Position numbers and translations under genes: made by a program. Shown one piece after another: positions 36,579 to 46,298 of a stretch of 64,000 nt of DNA. How positions within the stretch are numbered: the stretch's first letter is position 1; each line of letters opens with the position of its first letter. The notes below the pieces were generated by a model. That model was given only the letters and a program-made list of their open reading frames with translations. It ran no database searches and had not been told where the DNA came from. Source of the DNA: Kiritimatiellia bacterium (GTDB lineage Bacteria; Verrucomicrobiota; Kiritimatiellia; CAIQIC01; Lenti-01); assembly GCA_017458625.1 (NCBI GenBank), contig JAFTAH010000072.1, positions 6,828 to 70,827 of the forward strand, in the 5' to 3' direction.

Positions 36579-37976
36579 ATGAAGGACATCCACTACATCA
36601 GCACGCGCGGGCAACAGGCCCCGCTTTCGTTCCAGGACGCGGTCATGACGGGTCTGGCCCGCGACGGGGGGCTGCTCGTCCCCGACGAGATTCCCGACGT
36701 CAGCGACCGGCTCGCCACGTGGCGGGACCTGTCCTATCCGGAGCTCGCCTTCGAGATCATGCACCTGTTCGCGACGGACATCCCGGAAGAGGACCTGCGG
36801 GGGCTGGTGACGCGCGCGTATTCGACGTTCATGCATCCGGCCATCGCGCCGGTGACCAAGGCGGGCGACCTCTGGATCCTGGAGCTCTTCCACGGGCCGA
36901 CGCTGGCGTTCAAGGACATCGCACTGCAATTCCTTGGCCAGCTCTACGCCTACATTCTCGAGCGGCGGGACGGACGGCTGAACATCCTGGCGGCGACGAG
37001 CGGCGACACGGGCTCTGCGGCCATCTGCGGCGTGCGGGGGCAGCGGCGCGTCAACATCTTCGTCATGCATCCGCATGGCCGGGTCTCGCCGCTCCAGGAG
37101 CGGCAGATGACGAGCGTGACGGACGCGAACGTCTTCAATCTGGCCGTGGAGGGTGCGTTCGACGACTGCCAGTCCATCATGAAGGCGCTCTTCAACGACC
37201 TGCCGTTCAAGGACGCCTATGCGCTGGGCAGCGTGAACTCGGTCAACTGGGCGCGCATTCTGGCGCAGATCGTCTACTACTTCTACGCGGCGTTCCGGGT
37301 GCAGGAGGAGACGGGGGCGGAGGCGGTGCAGTTCGCGGTGCCGACGGGCAACTTCGGAGACATCCTGGCAGGGTGGTACGCCAAGCAGATGGGGTTGCCC
37401 GTGCGGCGGCTGTTACTGGCGACGAACGAGAACGACATCCTGTCGCGGTTCTTCCACACGGGGCGCTACGTGCGGGGACAGGTGGTGCCGACGGTGAATC
37501 CGTCGATGGACATCCAGGTGGCGTCGAACTTCGAGCGGTGGCTCTACTACAAGCTGGGGCGCGACCCGGCGGCCGTCCGGGAGCGGATGGAGACGTTCGG
37601 ACGGGAGGGGGCCATGGAGATTCCGGTGCGGGGGGACGGGCCCGTCGACGTGGAGATCCGGGCGGGGGCCTCGGACACGAAGCACACGCTGGCGACCATC
37701 AAGAGGTACTTCGAGCGGTACGGGGCCGTCCTGGATCCGCACACGGCGGCCGGAGTGTTCGTTGCGGAGCAGTATGACGACCGCGAGGAGCCGACCATCT
37801 GCCTGTCGACAGCGCATCCGGCCAAGTTCCCCGCCGCCATCGAGCAGGCGACCGGACAGCAGGGACTGGCCCATCATCCCCTGCTGGATGCACTGGAAGG
37901 CCTGCCCACCCGGTGCGCCGTGGTGCCGAACGACGTGACCGCGGTGCGGACGTTCCTGGCGGAACATGCGCGGTAG
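36579..37976 (+). CDS. thrC: threonine synthase
   Basis: MKDIHYISTRGQQAPLSFQDAVMTGLARDGGLLVP N-terminus, PLP-lysine motif in FHGPTLAFKD. ATG at 36579 (the track's 667-aa ORF has a spurious 5' extension). Confidence 0.9.
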   Translation: MKDIHYISTRGQQAPLSFQDAVMTGLARDGGLLVPDEIPDVSDRLATWRDLSYPELAFEIMHLFATDIPEEDLRGLVTRAYSTFMHPAIAPVTKAGDLWILELFHGPTLAFKDIALQFLGQLYAYILERRDGRLNILAATSGDTGSAAICGVRGQRRVNIFVMHPHGRVSPLQERQMTSVTDANVFNLAVEGAFDDCQSIMKALFNDLPFKDAYALGSVNSVNWARILAQIVYYFYAAFRVQEETGAEAVQFAVPTGNFGDILAGWYAKQMGLPVRRLLLATNENDILSRFFHTGRYVRGQVVPTVNPSMDIQVASNFERWLYYKLGRDPAAVRERMETFGREGAMEIPVRGDGPVDVEIRAGASDTKHTLATIKRYFERYGAVLDPHTAAGVFVAEQYDDREEPTICLSTAHPAKFPAAIEQATGQQGLAHHPLLDALEGLPTRCAVVPNDVTAVRTFLAEHAR

Positions 37977-37984
37977 AAGCGGTA

Positions 37985-38038
37985 CAAGGATTCTAGGATT
38001 CTAGCAATTCTAGATATCTAGAAAATTCTAGTTTTTCC
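37985..38038. repeat. CTAG-periodic repeat R3
   Basis: gaTTCTAGgaTTCTAGcaaTTCTAGataTCTAGaaaaTTCTAGttttt; lies between convergent thrC and the 38045-39811 gene. Confidence 0.8.
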
Positions 38039-38044
38039 GGGGGG

Positions 38045-39811
38045 CTATCGCCCTTCCTGGGCGAGGCGGAGCGCGAGGCGGTACTGGCGGCGGAAGTGCT
38101 CGGTCCAGTCGCGGAGGAGATCAATGCGGTCGTGGCGCTTGAGGACATCGAGGGCGGTCAGCCAGTTGAGGGGCTCGGGAGCGTCGGGCAGGGTGGAGAA
38201 GGCGGCATAGGCCTCGGGGACGGCGTCGGGGCCGCCGGCGGCGGCGATGGCGCGCCAGGCGGCGCGCTGTTCGATGCCGGAGTCAAGGCACATGGCGCGG
38301 ACGAGGTCGCGGAGCATGCCGAAGTGGGTGCCGGTCCAGCGGACGCGATATTCGTAGGCGGCGGCAAGGACGTAGGCGTCGACGGCGGGATCGGCGAGGT
38401 CGCGGGAGGTGTAGCGGCGGTGGCTTTCGCAGGCGGCGGCGAACTCGGGGTCGGCGGAGGGATAGAAGTCGCGACGAATAGGCACGCGCTGGAGGGCGTA
38501 CTGGTTGGGCCCGCCGGGGGTGCCGGGGCGGTAGCACCAGAGGCGCTGGCCGTCGATGGAGAGGAGGTACTGGATGAAGCGGCAGGCGAGTTCGCGGTGG
38601 GGGGCGCCGCGCAGGAGGAGGACGGGGTCGGCGGAGACGCCGGACTCGCCGGCGGGGGTGCGGTAGTGCATGGGGCCATCTGCGCCGCGCGCACCGTTGG
38701 CGACCTCGGCCTCGAACAGGCCATAGAAGTCGATGCAGATGCCGGCGGCGGCGTTGCCGGTGCCGACGTCGAGGGGAACCTTGTTGGCGCTGTCGGTGAA
38801 GTAGCGGGCGTTGGCGCCGATGCGCTGGACGAGCCGAACGCCCTCGAGCCAGCCGCGTTCGACGGCGTCCTGGTAGGCGCGGGGGACGTCGGGAGGGAGC
38901 TCGCCGGGGGGGAGCTTGGCGGCGGCGATGGCGGCCTCGTAGGCGTCGGCCTGGGCTGGGGCGAAGCCGGCCGCCTCGACGGCCTTGCGGCATTGCACCT
39001 GGACGATGGTCTCGAAAGCCTTGGCGATGCTGCCGCTCTTGGTGGGGTCGGCCAGGCCCAGGGTGCCGCACCAGCGCGGGTCGGCCAGGTCCTCCCAGGC
39101 GGCGGGGTCGTCGGTGATGCCGAGGGCCGCCATGCGGTCGCGGTTGAAGCACATGCCGAAGGTGCTGAGGGTGGTGCCGTAGTAGGTGGGGCGCCACCAT
39201 ACCTCGCCGCCCACGTCGGAGGGAACGAGCTCGCGGCTGTCGGCGGTGGCGACGAGGCCGGGAGGGATGCGGTCGGCGGGCCAGGGGGCAACGGCGATGC
39301 CCTGCCGGGCCGCGGTATCCGCATCGTAGGTGCCGCCGCCAAACCAGATGTCCATGCCGGAGGTGAACGCCTGGGGATCGTCCGTGCCGCGGAAGGCCTC
39401 GTAGAGGGCCTGCTGCTCCTGCCAGTCGGACTCGGGCACGGCATCGGGACGGCGGGTCGGGTCGAACGAACGCGAGAGGATGATGCTGGCGCCATCGCCG
39501 CGCCAGGGACGTCCGGCAGCCTCCCACCACGCCTTGAAGGAGGTCACGAATTCGCTTTGGACGTAGCGGGAGATCTCCGTCGTGCCGCCGATGTTCCGCC
39601 AGTCCACCAGCGCCGGGCGGCCGTAGTGCTCCTGGTGCCACCGCGAGAAGCCTTCGCCGAACTCGTGGCGGATCGCCTCGTTGTGCGGCGAAACCACCAC
39701 CAGCACCGGGTCGCCCTCGCGCCACGCCTGGCCCTCCGGCGGGCACCGGAAGATGAACGGCAGCGCCACCACCGCCGCCAGCACCCCGATGATCACCACG
39801 TTCTTCAACAT
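38045..39811 (-). CDS. ABC transporter extracellular solute-binding protein (family 1-like) with N-terminal signal anchor
   Basis: MLKNVVIIGVLAAVVALPFIF anchor. Overall SBP-like composition and length (588 aa). Confidence 0.65.
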   Translation of the reverse strand: MLKNVVIIGVLAAVVALPFIFRCPPEGQAWREGDPVLVVVSPHNEAIRHEFGEGFSRWHQEHYGRPALVDWRNIGGTTEISRYVQSEFVTSFKAWWEAAGRPWRGDGASIILSRSFDPTRRPDAVPESDWQEQQALYEAFRGTDDPQAFTSGMDIWFGGGTYDADTAARQGIAVAPWPADRIPPGLVATADSRELVPSDVGGEVWWRPTYYGTTLSTFGMCFNRDRMAALGITDDPAAWEDLADPRWCGTLGLADPTKSGSIAKAFETIVQVQCRKAVEAAGFAPAQADAYEAAIAAAKLPPGELPPDVPRAYQDAVERGWLEGVRLVQRIGANARYFTDSANKVPLDVGTGNAAAGICIDFYGLFEAEVANGARGADGPMHYRTPAGESGVSADPVLLLRGAPHRELACRFIQYLLSIDGQRLWCYRPGTPGGPNQYALQRVPIRRDFYPSADPEFAAACESHRRYTSRDLADPAVDAYVLAAAYEYRVRWTGTHFGMLRDLVRAMCLDSGIEQRAAWRAIAAAGGPDAVPEAYAAFSTLPDAPEPLNWLTALDVLKRHDRIDLLRDWTEHFRRQYRLALRLAQEGR

Positions 39812-39895
39812 CCTGCACCGCCTCTTTCAGCTAGCCGAGGGAGCCACCGGGTTTTTCCAGAGAATGGAAGCATGTTTTTGCGGGGAGGGCGCGGC

Positions 39896-40867
39896 TCATC
39901 GTCCAGACCACCGGGCCAGCCAGGGGTGTTGCGCCAGCCGTAGCCGCCGCGCCAGATCGCGCACCGACACCCCGCCCTGCATCCGGATGCGCTTGAGGGC
40001 AAACAGGTCGCACTCGCCCGGAACGTTCGCCCCCGGTCTCATCGAGAGCGCCGCCTCGAAGCCCGACAGCACCGCCGCCTGCACGCTGACCTCGTCGTAT
40101 TCGCCCCAGGGCCAGGCCAGCACGCGGGGAGGCATGCCCGTGATCTCCTCCAGGCGCTCGCGGCATTCCGCAAACTCGCCCAGGCAGAACTCGATGCGCT
40201 CCTCCGTCGTCCGCGCCACCAGGCCTCCGCCTAGCAGGTCGTTGCCCTGCGGCCAGAGGCCGTCGTGGGCGTAGGCCGAGGCGCTGGGGTAGAGGGGGAT
40301 GCCCTCCTGCAGCTCCGGATAGATGCCGTGCACACCCGGATGGATGCCGCTGCCGTCCCAGACGCCGATGGGCCGGTCCGAGCAGAAGCAGGCCTGGTGG
40401 GTGTGGGTGTGCGCAAAGAGGACATGCCCCTGCTCCTGCGCCAGCAGACTCAGCTCCAGACGGCTCATGAACGCCGAACGGTCATCCTCGTCCAGGGCGC
40501 GGCGCCAGGCATCGCGCGCCACCGGGAGATCCCGGAGCGCCGCCCCCGGCGTCGAGCAGGTCGGGCGACACGAATGGCCGTCATGCAGGTACGCCGTCGC
40601 CACGCCGAACGACGCCCGGAAGCCTTCCTGCCGCAGCAGAGGGGCCGCGTGGACCCAGTTGTCCAGATAGCAGTCGTCGAACGTGATGGCCACCGCCTGC
40701 TCGGGCAGCTCCCGATGCCCCTTGAGGATGTCGACCGCCTCGTCCACCGTGACGGTTCTCCAGCCGTTTTGCTTCAGCCACACCAAGTGCGACTGAAATT
40801 CGGCCGGAGCCACCCCGCAGATGGGCGAGATGTTGCGATAGCACAGAATCGGCAGACTACTTTTCAT
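39896..40867 (-). CDS. polysaccharide deacetylase (NodB homology, CE4 family)
   Basis: AITFDDCY and HTHTH motifs. ATG at 40867. Confidence 0.75.
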   Translation of the reverse strand: MKSSLPILCYRNISPICGVAPAEFQSHLVWLKQNGWRTVTVDEAVDILKGHRELPEQAVAITFDDCYLDNWVHAAPLLRQEGFRASFGVATAYLHDGHSCRPTCSTPGAALRDLPVARDAWRRALDEDDRSAFMSRLELSLLAQEQGHVLFAHTHTHQACFCSDRPIGVWDGSGIHPGVHGIYPELQEGIPLYPSASAYAHDGLWPQGNDLLGGGLVARTTEERIEFCLGEFAECRERLEEITGMPPRVLAWPWGEYDEVSVQAAVLSGFEAALSMRPGANVPGECDLFALKRIRMQGGVSVRDLARRLRLAQHPWLARWSGR

Positions 40868-41043
40868 GCGCCCCAATCCTACCCTGCCATAGCCCTGCTC
40901 CGCAACCCCCAATTTAGAACCCCTCTTGAAGCCTAGAAATCTCCGAAACCCTCTGTTTTCGCCGTAAAATCACAGCAGGTGAGGGCAAGAGGATGGCGTG
41001 CGAAGGGCGGGAGGCAAAGGGGCCGGGAGGAAGCAGGAGGAAG

Positions 41044-41925
41044 CTATTTGGGGTCGGCGGAGGAGCCGCGCCAGTGGAGCTTCTGGGTGAGGAGGCGGGG
41101 CCAGGAGTAGTCGGCGAGATGGATGAAGCGGGCGGAACGGGGACTACGGCGGACGACCAGGCGGTCGCCAGGGTGAAGCCATTCGCCAGCCACGCCGTCG
41201 ACGGAGAGCAGGAGTTCCTTCGCGGGGACGGGCAAGGTGAGCTCGATGCAGGAGGAGGCGGGCAGAACCAGAGGCCGGGAGGAAAGCGTATGGGGACAGA
41301 TCGGGGCCAAAACCAGGGCCGACGTGGAGGGATGAAGGATGGGGCCGCCAGCGGACAGGGCATGGCCCGTGGAGCCGAGCGGAGTGGCCACGATGAAGCC
41401 GTCGGAGACATACGAGGCCACGGGCTGGCCATCGACGGCAAGGTCAATCATGGCAGAACGCGGGGCGGCCCCCCAGCCGATGACGACATCGTTGAGGGCA
41501 ACCTGCCGGGCGGCGGTCCGGCGGGGGACGTCGGCCCGGAAGAGGCGCGCCTCAAGCAGCGGGGCCTCGGCAAGGACGTAGCGCCCGGCGGCCAGGGCGG
41601 CCAGGGCGTCCGTGGCCGAGGTCGAGGAAACGGCGGTCAGGAAGCCGAGATGGCCGAGGTTGATGCCGAGAACGGGAGTCTGTCCGCCATGCAGGGAGCG
41701 GACGGCGCGGAGCACCGTGCCGTCGCCGCCCAGCGACAGGACGGCATCCAGACCTGCACCAAACCGCGAGGGCGCAACGACACGCGCATCAGGCAGCTGG
41801 TCCGCCGCCGGGGAATCCGCCGGCAGGACAAAATGAATGTCCAGCGGGCGGGCGGCCGTCCGCAAGGCGGCGAGGGTGGCGGCCGCCAGAGGCTTGTCCA
41901 TGTTCGCGATGATGCCGATTTGCAT
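41044..41925 (-). CDS. nadK: NAD+ kinase
   Basis: GGDGT, NDVVI and DGxxxxTPxGSTAY motifs. Confidence 0.88.
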   Translation of the reverse strand: MQIGIIANMDKPLAAATLAALRTAARPLDIHFVLPADSPAADQLPDARVVAPSRFGAGLDAVLSLGGDGTVLRAVRSLHGGQTPVLGINLGHLGFLTAVSSTSATDALAALAAGRYVLAEAPLLEARLFRADVPRRTAARQVALNDVVIGWGAAPRSAMIDLAVDGQPVASYVSDGFIVATPLGSTGHALSAGGPILHPSTSALVLAPICPHTLSSRPLVLPASSCIELTLPVPAKELLLSVDGVAGEWLHPGDRLVVRRSPRSARFIHLADYSWPRLLTQKLHWRGSSADPK

Positions 41926-41976
41926 TGCGAGGGCTATTCTAGCGCGAGAGGAGAAAAAGGCAAGGGAGAGGGAAGC

Positions 41977-42435
41977 TCAGGCCTGCTGGCGCCATTCGCG
42001 GCCGAAGCCAGCGGCCTCGGCCTCGGGCGTGGGCGGGAAGTCGGCGATGAAGGCGGGGGGCGTGGCAACGGGGCGGTGGGTGTGGATGTCGACGGAAACC
42101 CAGTCGGTCATGGCCTCCGCCAGAACGGCCCCGTCGGTCTCGCGGACGAACCGGTAGCAACGCCGGGAATGGATGCGCTGGAAGTCCTGGACCCAGGTGT
42201 AGAGACTGATGGGCTCGCCGGGGAGGCAGGGGCGCTTGTAGTCGATGTGGTGCGTGCGCACCACCCAGCTCCAGCCCTCGGCCAGCAGCTTTTCCATGGG
42301 CCAGCCATTGGCCTCGACGTGCTCGTTGGCCACGTCCTGCATGAGGCGGACGTATTCGATGTTGTTGACGTGCTCATTGAGGTCGCGGGCGGAGGGCGGA
42401 AAGGCGAAACGCTTCTGGTAGACGGAAATAGTCAT
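41977..42435 (-). CDS. acyl-CoA thioesterase (hotdog fold, YbgC/4HBT-like)
   Basis: 152 aa; ARDLNEHVNNIEYVRLMQDVANEHV... hotdog core. ATG at 42435 with a 4-nt overlap with the next gene. Confidence 0.75.
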   Translation of the reverse strand: MTISVYQKRFAFPPSARDLNEHVNNIEYVRLMQDVANEHVEANGWPMEKLLAEGWSWVVRTHHIDYKRPCLPGEPISLYTWVQDFQRIHSRRCYRFVRETDGAVLAEAMTDWVSVDIHTHRPVATPPAFIADFPPTPEAEAAGFGREWRQQA

Positions 42436-43982
42436 GGCAAACCCTCTTGAGATCCGGATGGGGCGGACACCAGGGATTGCAAAAGCGCCGGGAACGGGCA
42501 GGTGGCGCAACGGGAACGGTCGGAAAGGCAATAGGCGTGATGGATGTGGATGAGGCCTTGGCGGCGCAGGCCTGTGCGGTAGAGGCGCGGGGAATGGTCG
42601 GGGCCCAGCAGGCGCAGGGCGGTGGCCTTGATCAGGGCGTTGGGCTCCTCGGGCGGGATGGCCGCGACGATGGCAGCCCAGGCTTCGGGGGCGGCCCCCA
42701 TCGCCGCCAGCGCCGGCAGCACCAGGTTCACGACCAGCGCGCGGGCGCGGGCCATGCCGACCAACGCCACGGGCGCAAAGACGGGAGGAGTGGAGAAGGA
42801 CAAGCGATAGGACCAGTAGGGGGCGTCGGGGAAGTCGAACCAGGCGGCCAGCTCGTCGGGGGAAAGGGATGCGGAAGACGAGGCGCGGGCGAGTTCCATC
42901 AGGCGTTCGGGCAAGCCTTGGGACGGCGCGAACAGCAGGGCGGCGGCCATGAGGCGACGTTCGGGGCGATTGGCCGGGCGCAATCCGGCCAGGCGCCACC
43001 GGGCGGGTTCGAGGCAGAGGGGGGCGAGAAGGTCGGCGAGGGGCCACCAGGCGTCCCAGCAACGGCGGATGAAGGTGCGGGTGGGCTCGTCCCAGGCCGC
43101 ATGACGGGGAGTGCGCGTAGGGTCGGGAAGGAGCCCGGCGAGACCCATCAGAATGGCATAGGCGCGAAGGGGCGAGCCCTGGGCGTGGCGACGCAAGGTG
43201 GCGAGCGGAAGACGGCGGGCGAGGAGCCGGAAGGGGGCCTTGTTCCAGCGGTAGCCGAGGGCGGCCATGGTCTCCTCGTAGAGAATCTGGTCTATGCCGC
43301 GGTCAAGCATCGACAGGGCCAACAGCTCGGCCCGCTGGCGGAGACGCGTTTCGCCGGCACGGTCGAGAATGAGTCCCCGGACGGCGGAAGGCAACACGGC
43401 CATGGCGGCCTGGCAGGGCGGGGGCTCGGCGCGGGCCCCGATGGGATAGGCAAGCAGGTCGATGTTGTCGAAGGCGAAGTCGGGAATGGCCTCCAGCGCG
43501 GGGCGGAGAGCAATCTGGAGGGCGGTCGCGGGGAGGCCGGGAGGAGGCACGGCCGGCGCATCGTAGTAGGTGACATGGGCGACAATGCCGGCATAGCGCG
43601 GGTCCGCAGTGTGGCCATGGGCCGTCCAGTCGGAGGGGCGGACATGCAGCTCGACGTCGCCGTGGAGCGGAGTGCGGTCGGAACCGACGAGCAACGTGGC
43701 GTTCAGGAAGTCGGGGCCGGGGCCCGTGTTCCACTCGCCGGGATGCTGAACCACGACGGACCGGCCATCGGCGGCAACCAGCGCGCCAGGGCGGAGGCGG
43801 TCGTCGTACCAGATGGCCTGGAGATGGCGTTCCGTGAAGAGCGGCGGTCGGTCGGGGCACGCCGCCGGCTCGGCCACGAGGTCGCGGGAAACCTCCGGCA
43901 ACGCGCGGGGGAACCAGCCAGGATGCAGCGGATAGACGGGCTTCGGGGTCACGGGAGGGACGTCACGCAAGGGAAACGGCAT
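42432..43982 (-). CDS. DUF2851-family protein
   Basis: LQAIWYDD...GPGPDF..A...GDVELHVRPSDWTAHGH..DPRY..IVAHV pattern characteristic of DUF2851. The start is either 43982 or 44015. Confidence 0.65.
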   Translation of the reverse strand: MPFPLRDVPPVTPKPVYPLHPGWFPRALPEVSRDLVAEPAACPDRPPLFTERHLQAIWYDDRLRPGALVAADGRSVVVQHPGEWNTGPGPDFLNATLLVGSDRTPLHGDVELHVRPSDWTAHGHTADPRYAGIVAHVTYYDAPAVPPPGLPATALQIALRPALEAIPDFAFDNIDLLAYPIGARAEPPPCQAAMAVLPSAVRGLILDRAGETRLRQRAELLALSMLDRGIDQILYEETMAALGYRWNKAPFRLLARRLPLATLRRHAQGSPLRAYAILMGLAGLLPDPTRTPRHAAWDEPTRTFIRRCWDAWWPLADLLAPLCLEPARWRLAGLRPANRPERRLMAAALLFAPSQGLPERLMELARASSSASLSPDELAAWFDFPDAPYWSYRLSFSTPPVFAPVALVGMARARALVVNLVLPALAAMGAAPEAWAAIVAAIPPEEPNALIKATALRLLGPDHSPRLYRTGLRRQGLIHIHHAYCLSDRSRCATCPFPALLQSLVSAPSGSQEGLP

Positions 43983-44769
43983 CGAAGAGGTCGAGCGCGG
44001 GACAGGGCGGGGCATCGGCAGGCACGGCGGTCAGGATTTCGGGATCGCCATCGGTCACCAGGACGGTATGCTCGAAGTGGGCGGCGGGCAGGCGATCGCG
44101 GGTCTTCACGGTCCATTCGTTGTCCATGACCTCGACCCGCCAGGTGCCCATGTTGATCATGGGCTCGATGGCGAGGCACATGCCAGGCTTGAGGCGGGCG
44201 CCGGAACGCGGAGAGCCATAGTTGGGAATCTGCGGATCCTGGTGCAGCGCACGGCCGACGCCGTGGCCGCAGAAGTCGCGAACCACGCCGTAGCCGAAGG
44301 ACTCGGCGAAGGTCTGGACGGCATGGCCGATGTCGCCGACGCGGTTGCCGGCGCGGGCCTGGGCAATGCCGAGGGCCAGGGCGTCGCGGGTCACGCGGCA
44401 GAGCTTGAGCCAGGCGGGATCGACGTGCTGACCGACGGGGATAGTCACCGCGTTGTCGCCCGTGAACCCGTCGATCGAGGCGCAGAGGTCGACCGTGACG
44501 ATATCGCCATCATTGAGGACGCGCGGGCCCGGAAAGCCGTGGACCACCTCTTCGTTCACGGAGATGCAGGTGTAGTAGGGAAAGCCCCCATAGCCAAGGG
44601 AGGCCGAGGTGAGGTGGTGGACCCGCATGCGGTCGGCCGCGAGCTGGTCGAGCTCGGCAGTGGTGATGCCGGGGCGGACGGCGGCCGCGACTTCGCGGAG
44701 GGCCAGGGCGTTGAGACGGCAGGCGGTGCGCATGCGGTCGAGGTCGCGGCCTTTGAGGATGGGAATCAT
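43963..44769 (-). CDS. map: type I methionine aminopeptidase
   Basis: Metal ligands in ...DIVTVDL...GFTGD...HGVGRALH...EPM...EHTV. Confidence 0.9.
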   Translation of the reverse strand: MIPILKGRDLDRMRTACRLNALALREVAAAVRPGITTAELDQLAADRMRVHHLTSASLGYGGFPYYTCISVNEEVVHGFPGPRVLNDGDIVTVDLCASIDGFTGDNAVTIPVGQHVDPAWLKLCRVTRDALALGIAQARAGNRVGDIGHAVQTFAESFGYGVVRDFCGHGVGRALHQDPQIPNYGSPRSGARLKPGMCLAIEPMINMGTWRVEVMDNEWTVKTRDRLPAAHFEHTVLVTDGDPEILTAVPADAPPCPALDLFDAVSLA

Positions 44770-44808
44770 GGAAAACCTTTCTAGTGGGTTGGAGGGAATG
44801 CCGCGGCA

Positions 44809-45651
44809 CTAGTAGCCGAAGCGGGTGCGGGGAGCGGCATCGCGGATGCCCTCCGTGTCAAGGTGAGGAGAATGGGCGGCGGCCGGCGTGAATGAATAGG
44901 AGATGGGCGTACCGACAGGAGGACAGAGGTCCGCGTTGACGTAGCAGGCGTCGTCGTTGCCGCCAATGGCATAGGGATTGTTCACGATGGCGAAGGGATC
45001 CCAGAAGGTCGCCACCAGGGACTCCTCCGCCAAGGCCTGGAAACGCCCGCCCGCCACGACGGAGCCAGTAAACACCCATGGTCCGTCCTCGACGGGCGCA
45101 TCGGTCGTCATGTCCCAGACAAACGTCTCGGCGCGGGCACGGCGCGGCGTGCCATCGGCCGGGTCGTTCCAGGCAACCCACATGTCGACGGGCGAGCCCC
45201 GGGCCGGTCCCAGGCCGAGCCCCGGCATGACTTCGCCGCCGCGCAGTCCCGCCAGCAGCAGCGCCGCCTGGAGGTCGAGCGGATTCACCGAAAGCACAAA
45301 CACGGATTCGTGAATCTTGCCGCGCTCGCCGCAGGCCAGCAGCTCGACGATGCCAGAGGCCTGGTTGACCCAGCCCGTCGCGGTGACGGTCTTGGTGGCG
45401 GCGTCGAGCTGGACGGAGCCGATAGTGGCGACATCGCCGTTCCAGACGATGGGCGCGGGACGCGTCGGCGGCTCGTGGCCAGCCGTGTAGATGACGTGGG
45501 ATTCTCCAGAAAGGCCGGTAATCACCGTCGCATGCGGCGGCAGATTCGTGTCGGACGAGGCCACGGCAGGCGCTTCGGGGACAATCTCCGCCAGGACGAG
45601 GCAGGCCAAGGCCAAAAGAAGAGCAAGGGCAACGGCAAGGGATCTTTTCAT
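44809..45651 (-). CDS. secreted hypothetical protein
   Basis: MKRSLAVALALLLALACLVLA signal; no recognized domain. Translationally coupled (ATGA) to the upstream TPR gene. Confidence 0.6.
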   Translation of the reverse strand: MKRSLAVALALLLALACLVLAEIVPEAPAVASSDTNLPPHATVITGLSGESHVIYTAGHEPPTRPAPIVWNGDVATIGSVQLDAATKTVTATGWVNQASGIVELLACGERGKIHESVFVLSVNPLDLQAALLLAGLRGGEVMPGLGLGPARGSPVDMWVAWNDPADGTPRRARAETFVWDMTTDAPVEDGPWVFTGSVVAGGRFQALAEESLVATFWDPFAIVNNPYAIGGNDDACYVNADLCPPVGTPISYSFTPAAAHSPHLDTEGIRDAAPRTRFGY

Positions 45652-46298
45652 TCGAGCGGAGAAAGAAGGTCTAGGGTGTTGGCGCATAAAGCTTGTTGAT
45701 GGTGGTAGAGGGCGGTCTGGGCGGCGGAGACGGGATTCTCCGCATCGCGGCGGACGGCCTCGGACGCGGCCTGGAGGGCGGCCTGCGGATCTCCCAGGCG
45801 ATAGAGGAGCTGGCTACGGATGAAAGGGATGGCCGGCGAAGTGGCAGACGGCGCGCAAGCCGCTTCATCGGGGTCCTCCTCGGCGGCAGCAAGTTCTTCC
45901 AGGGTGTCGTTGAGTAGGTCGGCGGACACCCCCTCGAGCCGGGCGATGGCGGCGGCATGGCCGAGCAGCGCGTCCGCATCGTGGGGATAGCGCTCCAGGA
46001 CGCGGGCAAAGAACTGCACCGCCCGGTCGGCATGCTGCTCCTCGAGCAGGAGGCTGGCAATGCGGTAGAGGGCCTCGGTATCGTGGGCGGGATCGGCCTT
46101 GGCCGCCAGAACATAACGCTGGATGGCCTCGGGCACCCGTCCGGCGGCCGCCGATTCGGAGGCCTGGGCGTAGAGCGCAACGGCCGCCGGGGCAACCTCC
46201 TCGGCATCCCACGCGGCGGCTCCGGCCAGGGTCGGCACGCATGCGCCAGCAACTCCTGCAAGCAGGAACATCCGGCCCATCGTTCCCCAAGGCCTCAT
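45648..46298 (-). CDS. tetratricopeptide-repeat protein with signal peptide
   Basis: Ala/Leu-rich TPR-like helices. Coupled to cdaR upstream. Confidence 0.6.
   Translation of the reverse strand: MRPWGTMGRMFLLAGVAGACVPTLAGAAAWDAEEVAPAAVALYAQASESAAAGRVPEAIQRYVLAAKADPAHDTEALYRIASLLLEEQHADRAVQFFARVLERYPHDADALLGHAAAIARLEGVSADLLNDTLEELAAAEEDPDEAACAPSATSPAIPFIRSQLLYRLGDPQAALQAASEAVRRDAENPVSAAQTALYHHQQALCANTLDLLSPLE

Noticed and set aside
35973-37976. 667-aa thrC ORF with long N-terminal extension; 36719-37777 overlapping 352-aa ORF
   Set aside because: thrC homology begins at ATG 36579 (MKDIHYISTRG). The extension overlaps the divergent EIIA/CBS gene and is low complexity. The second ORF is an alternate frame of thrC with Gly/Arg-rich composition.
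37413-40000. Long overlapping ORFs on both strands of the 38045-39811 region (e.g. 38096-39943 +, 38283-39818 -)
   Set aside because: Ala/Gly/Arg/Pro-rich alternate-frame and antisense translations of the solute-binding protein gene. Only the 38045-39811 frame has a signal anchor and balanced composition.
41977-43062. 361-aa ORF for the thioesterase
   Set aside because: The hotdog-fold homology covers only the last 152 aa (ATG 42435). Upstream is Pro/Arg-rich and overlaps the DUF2851 gene.
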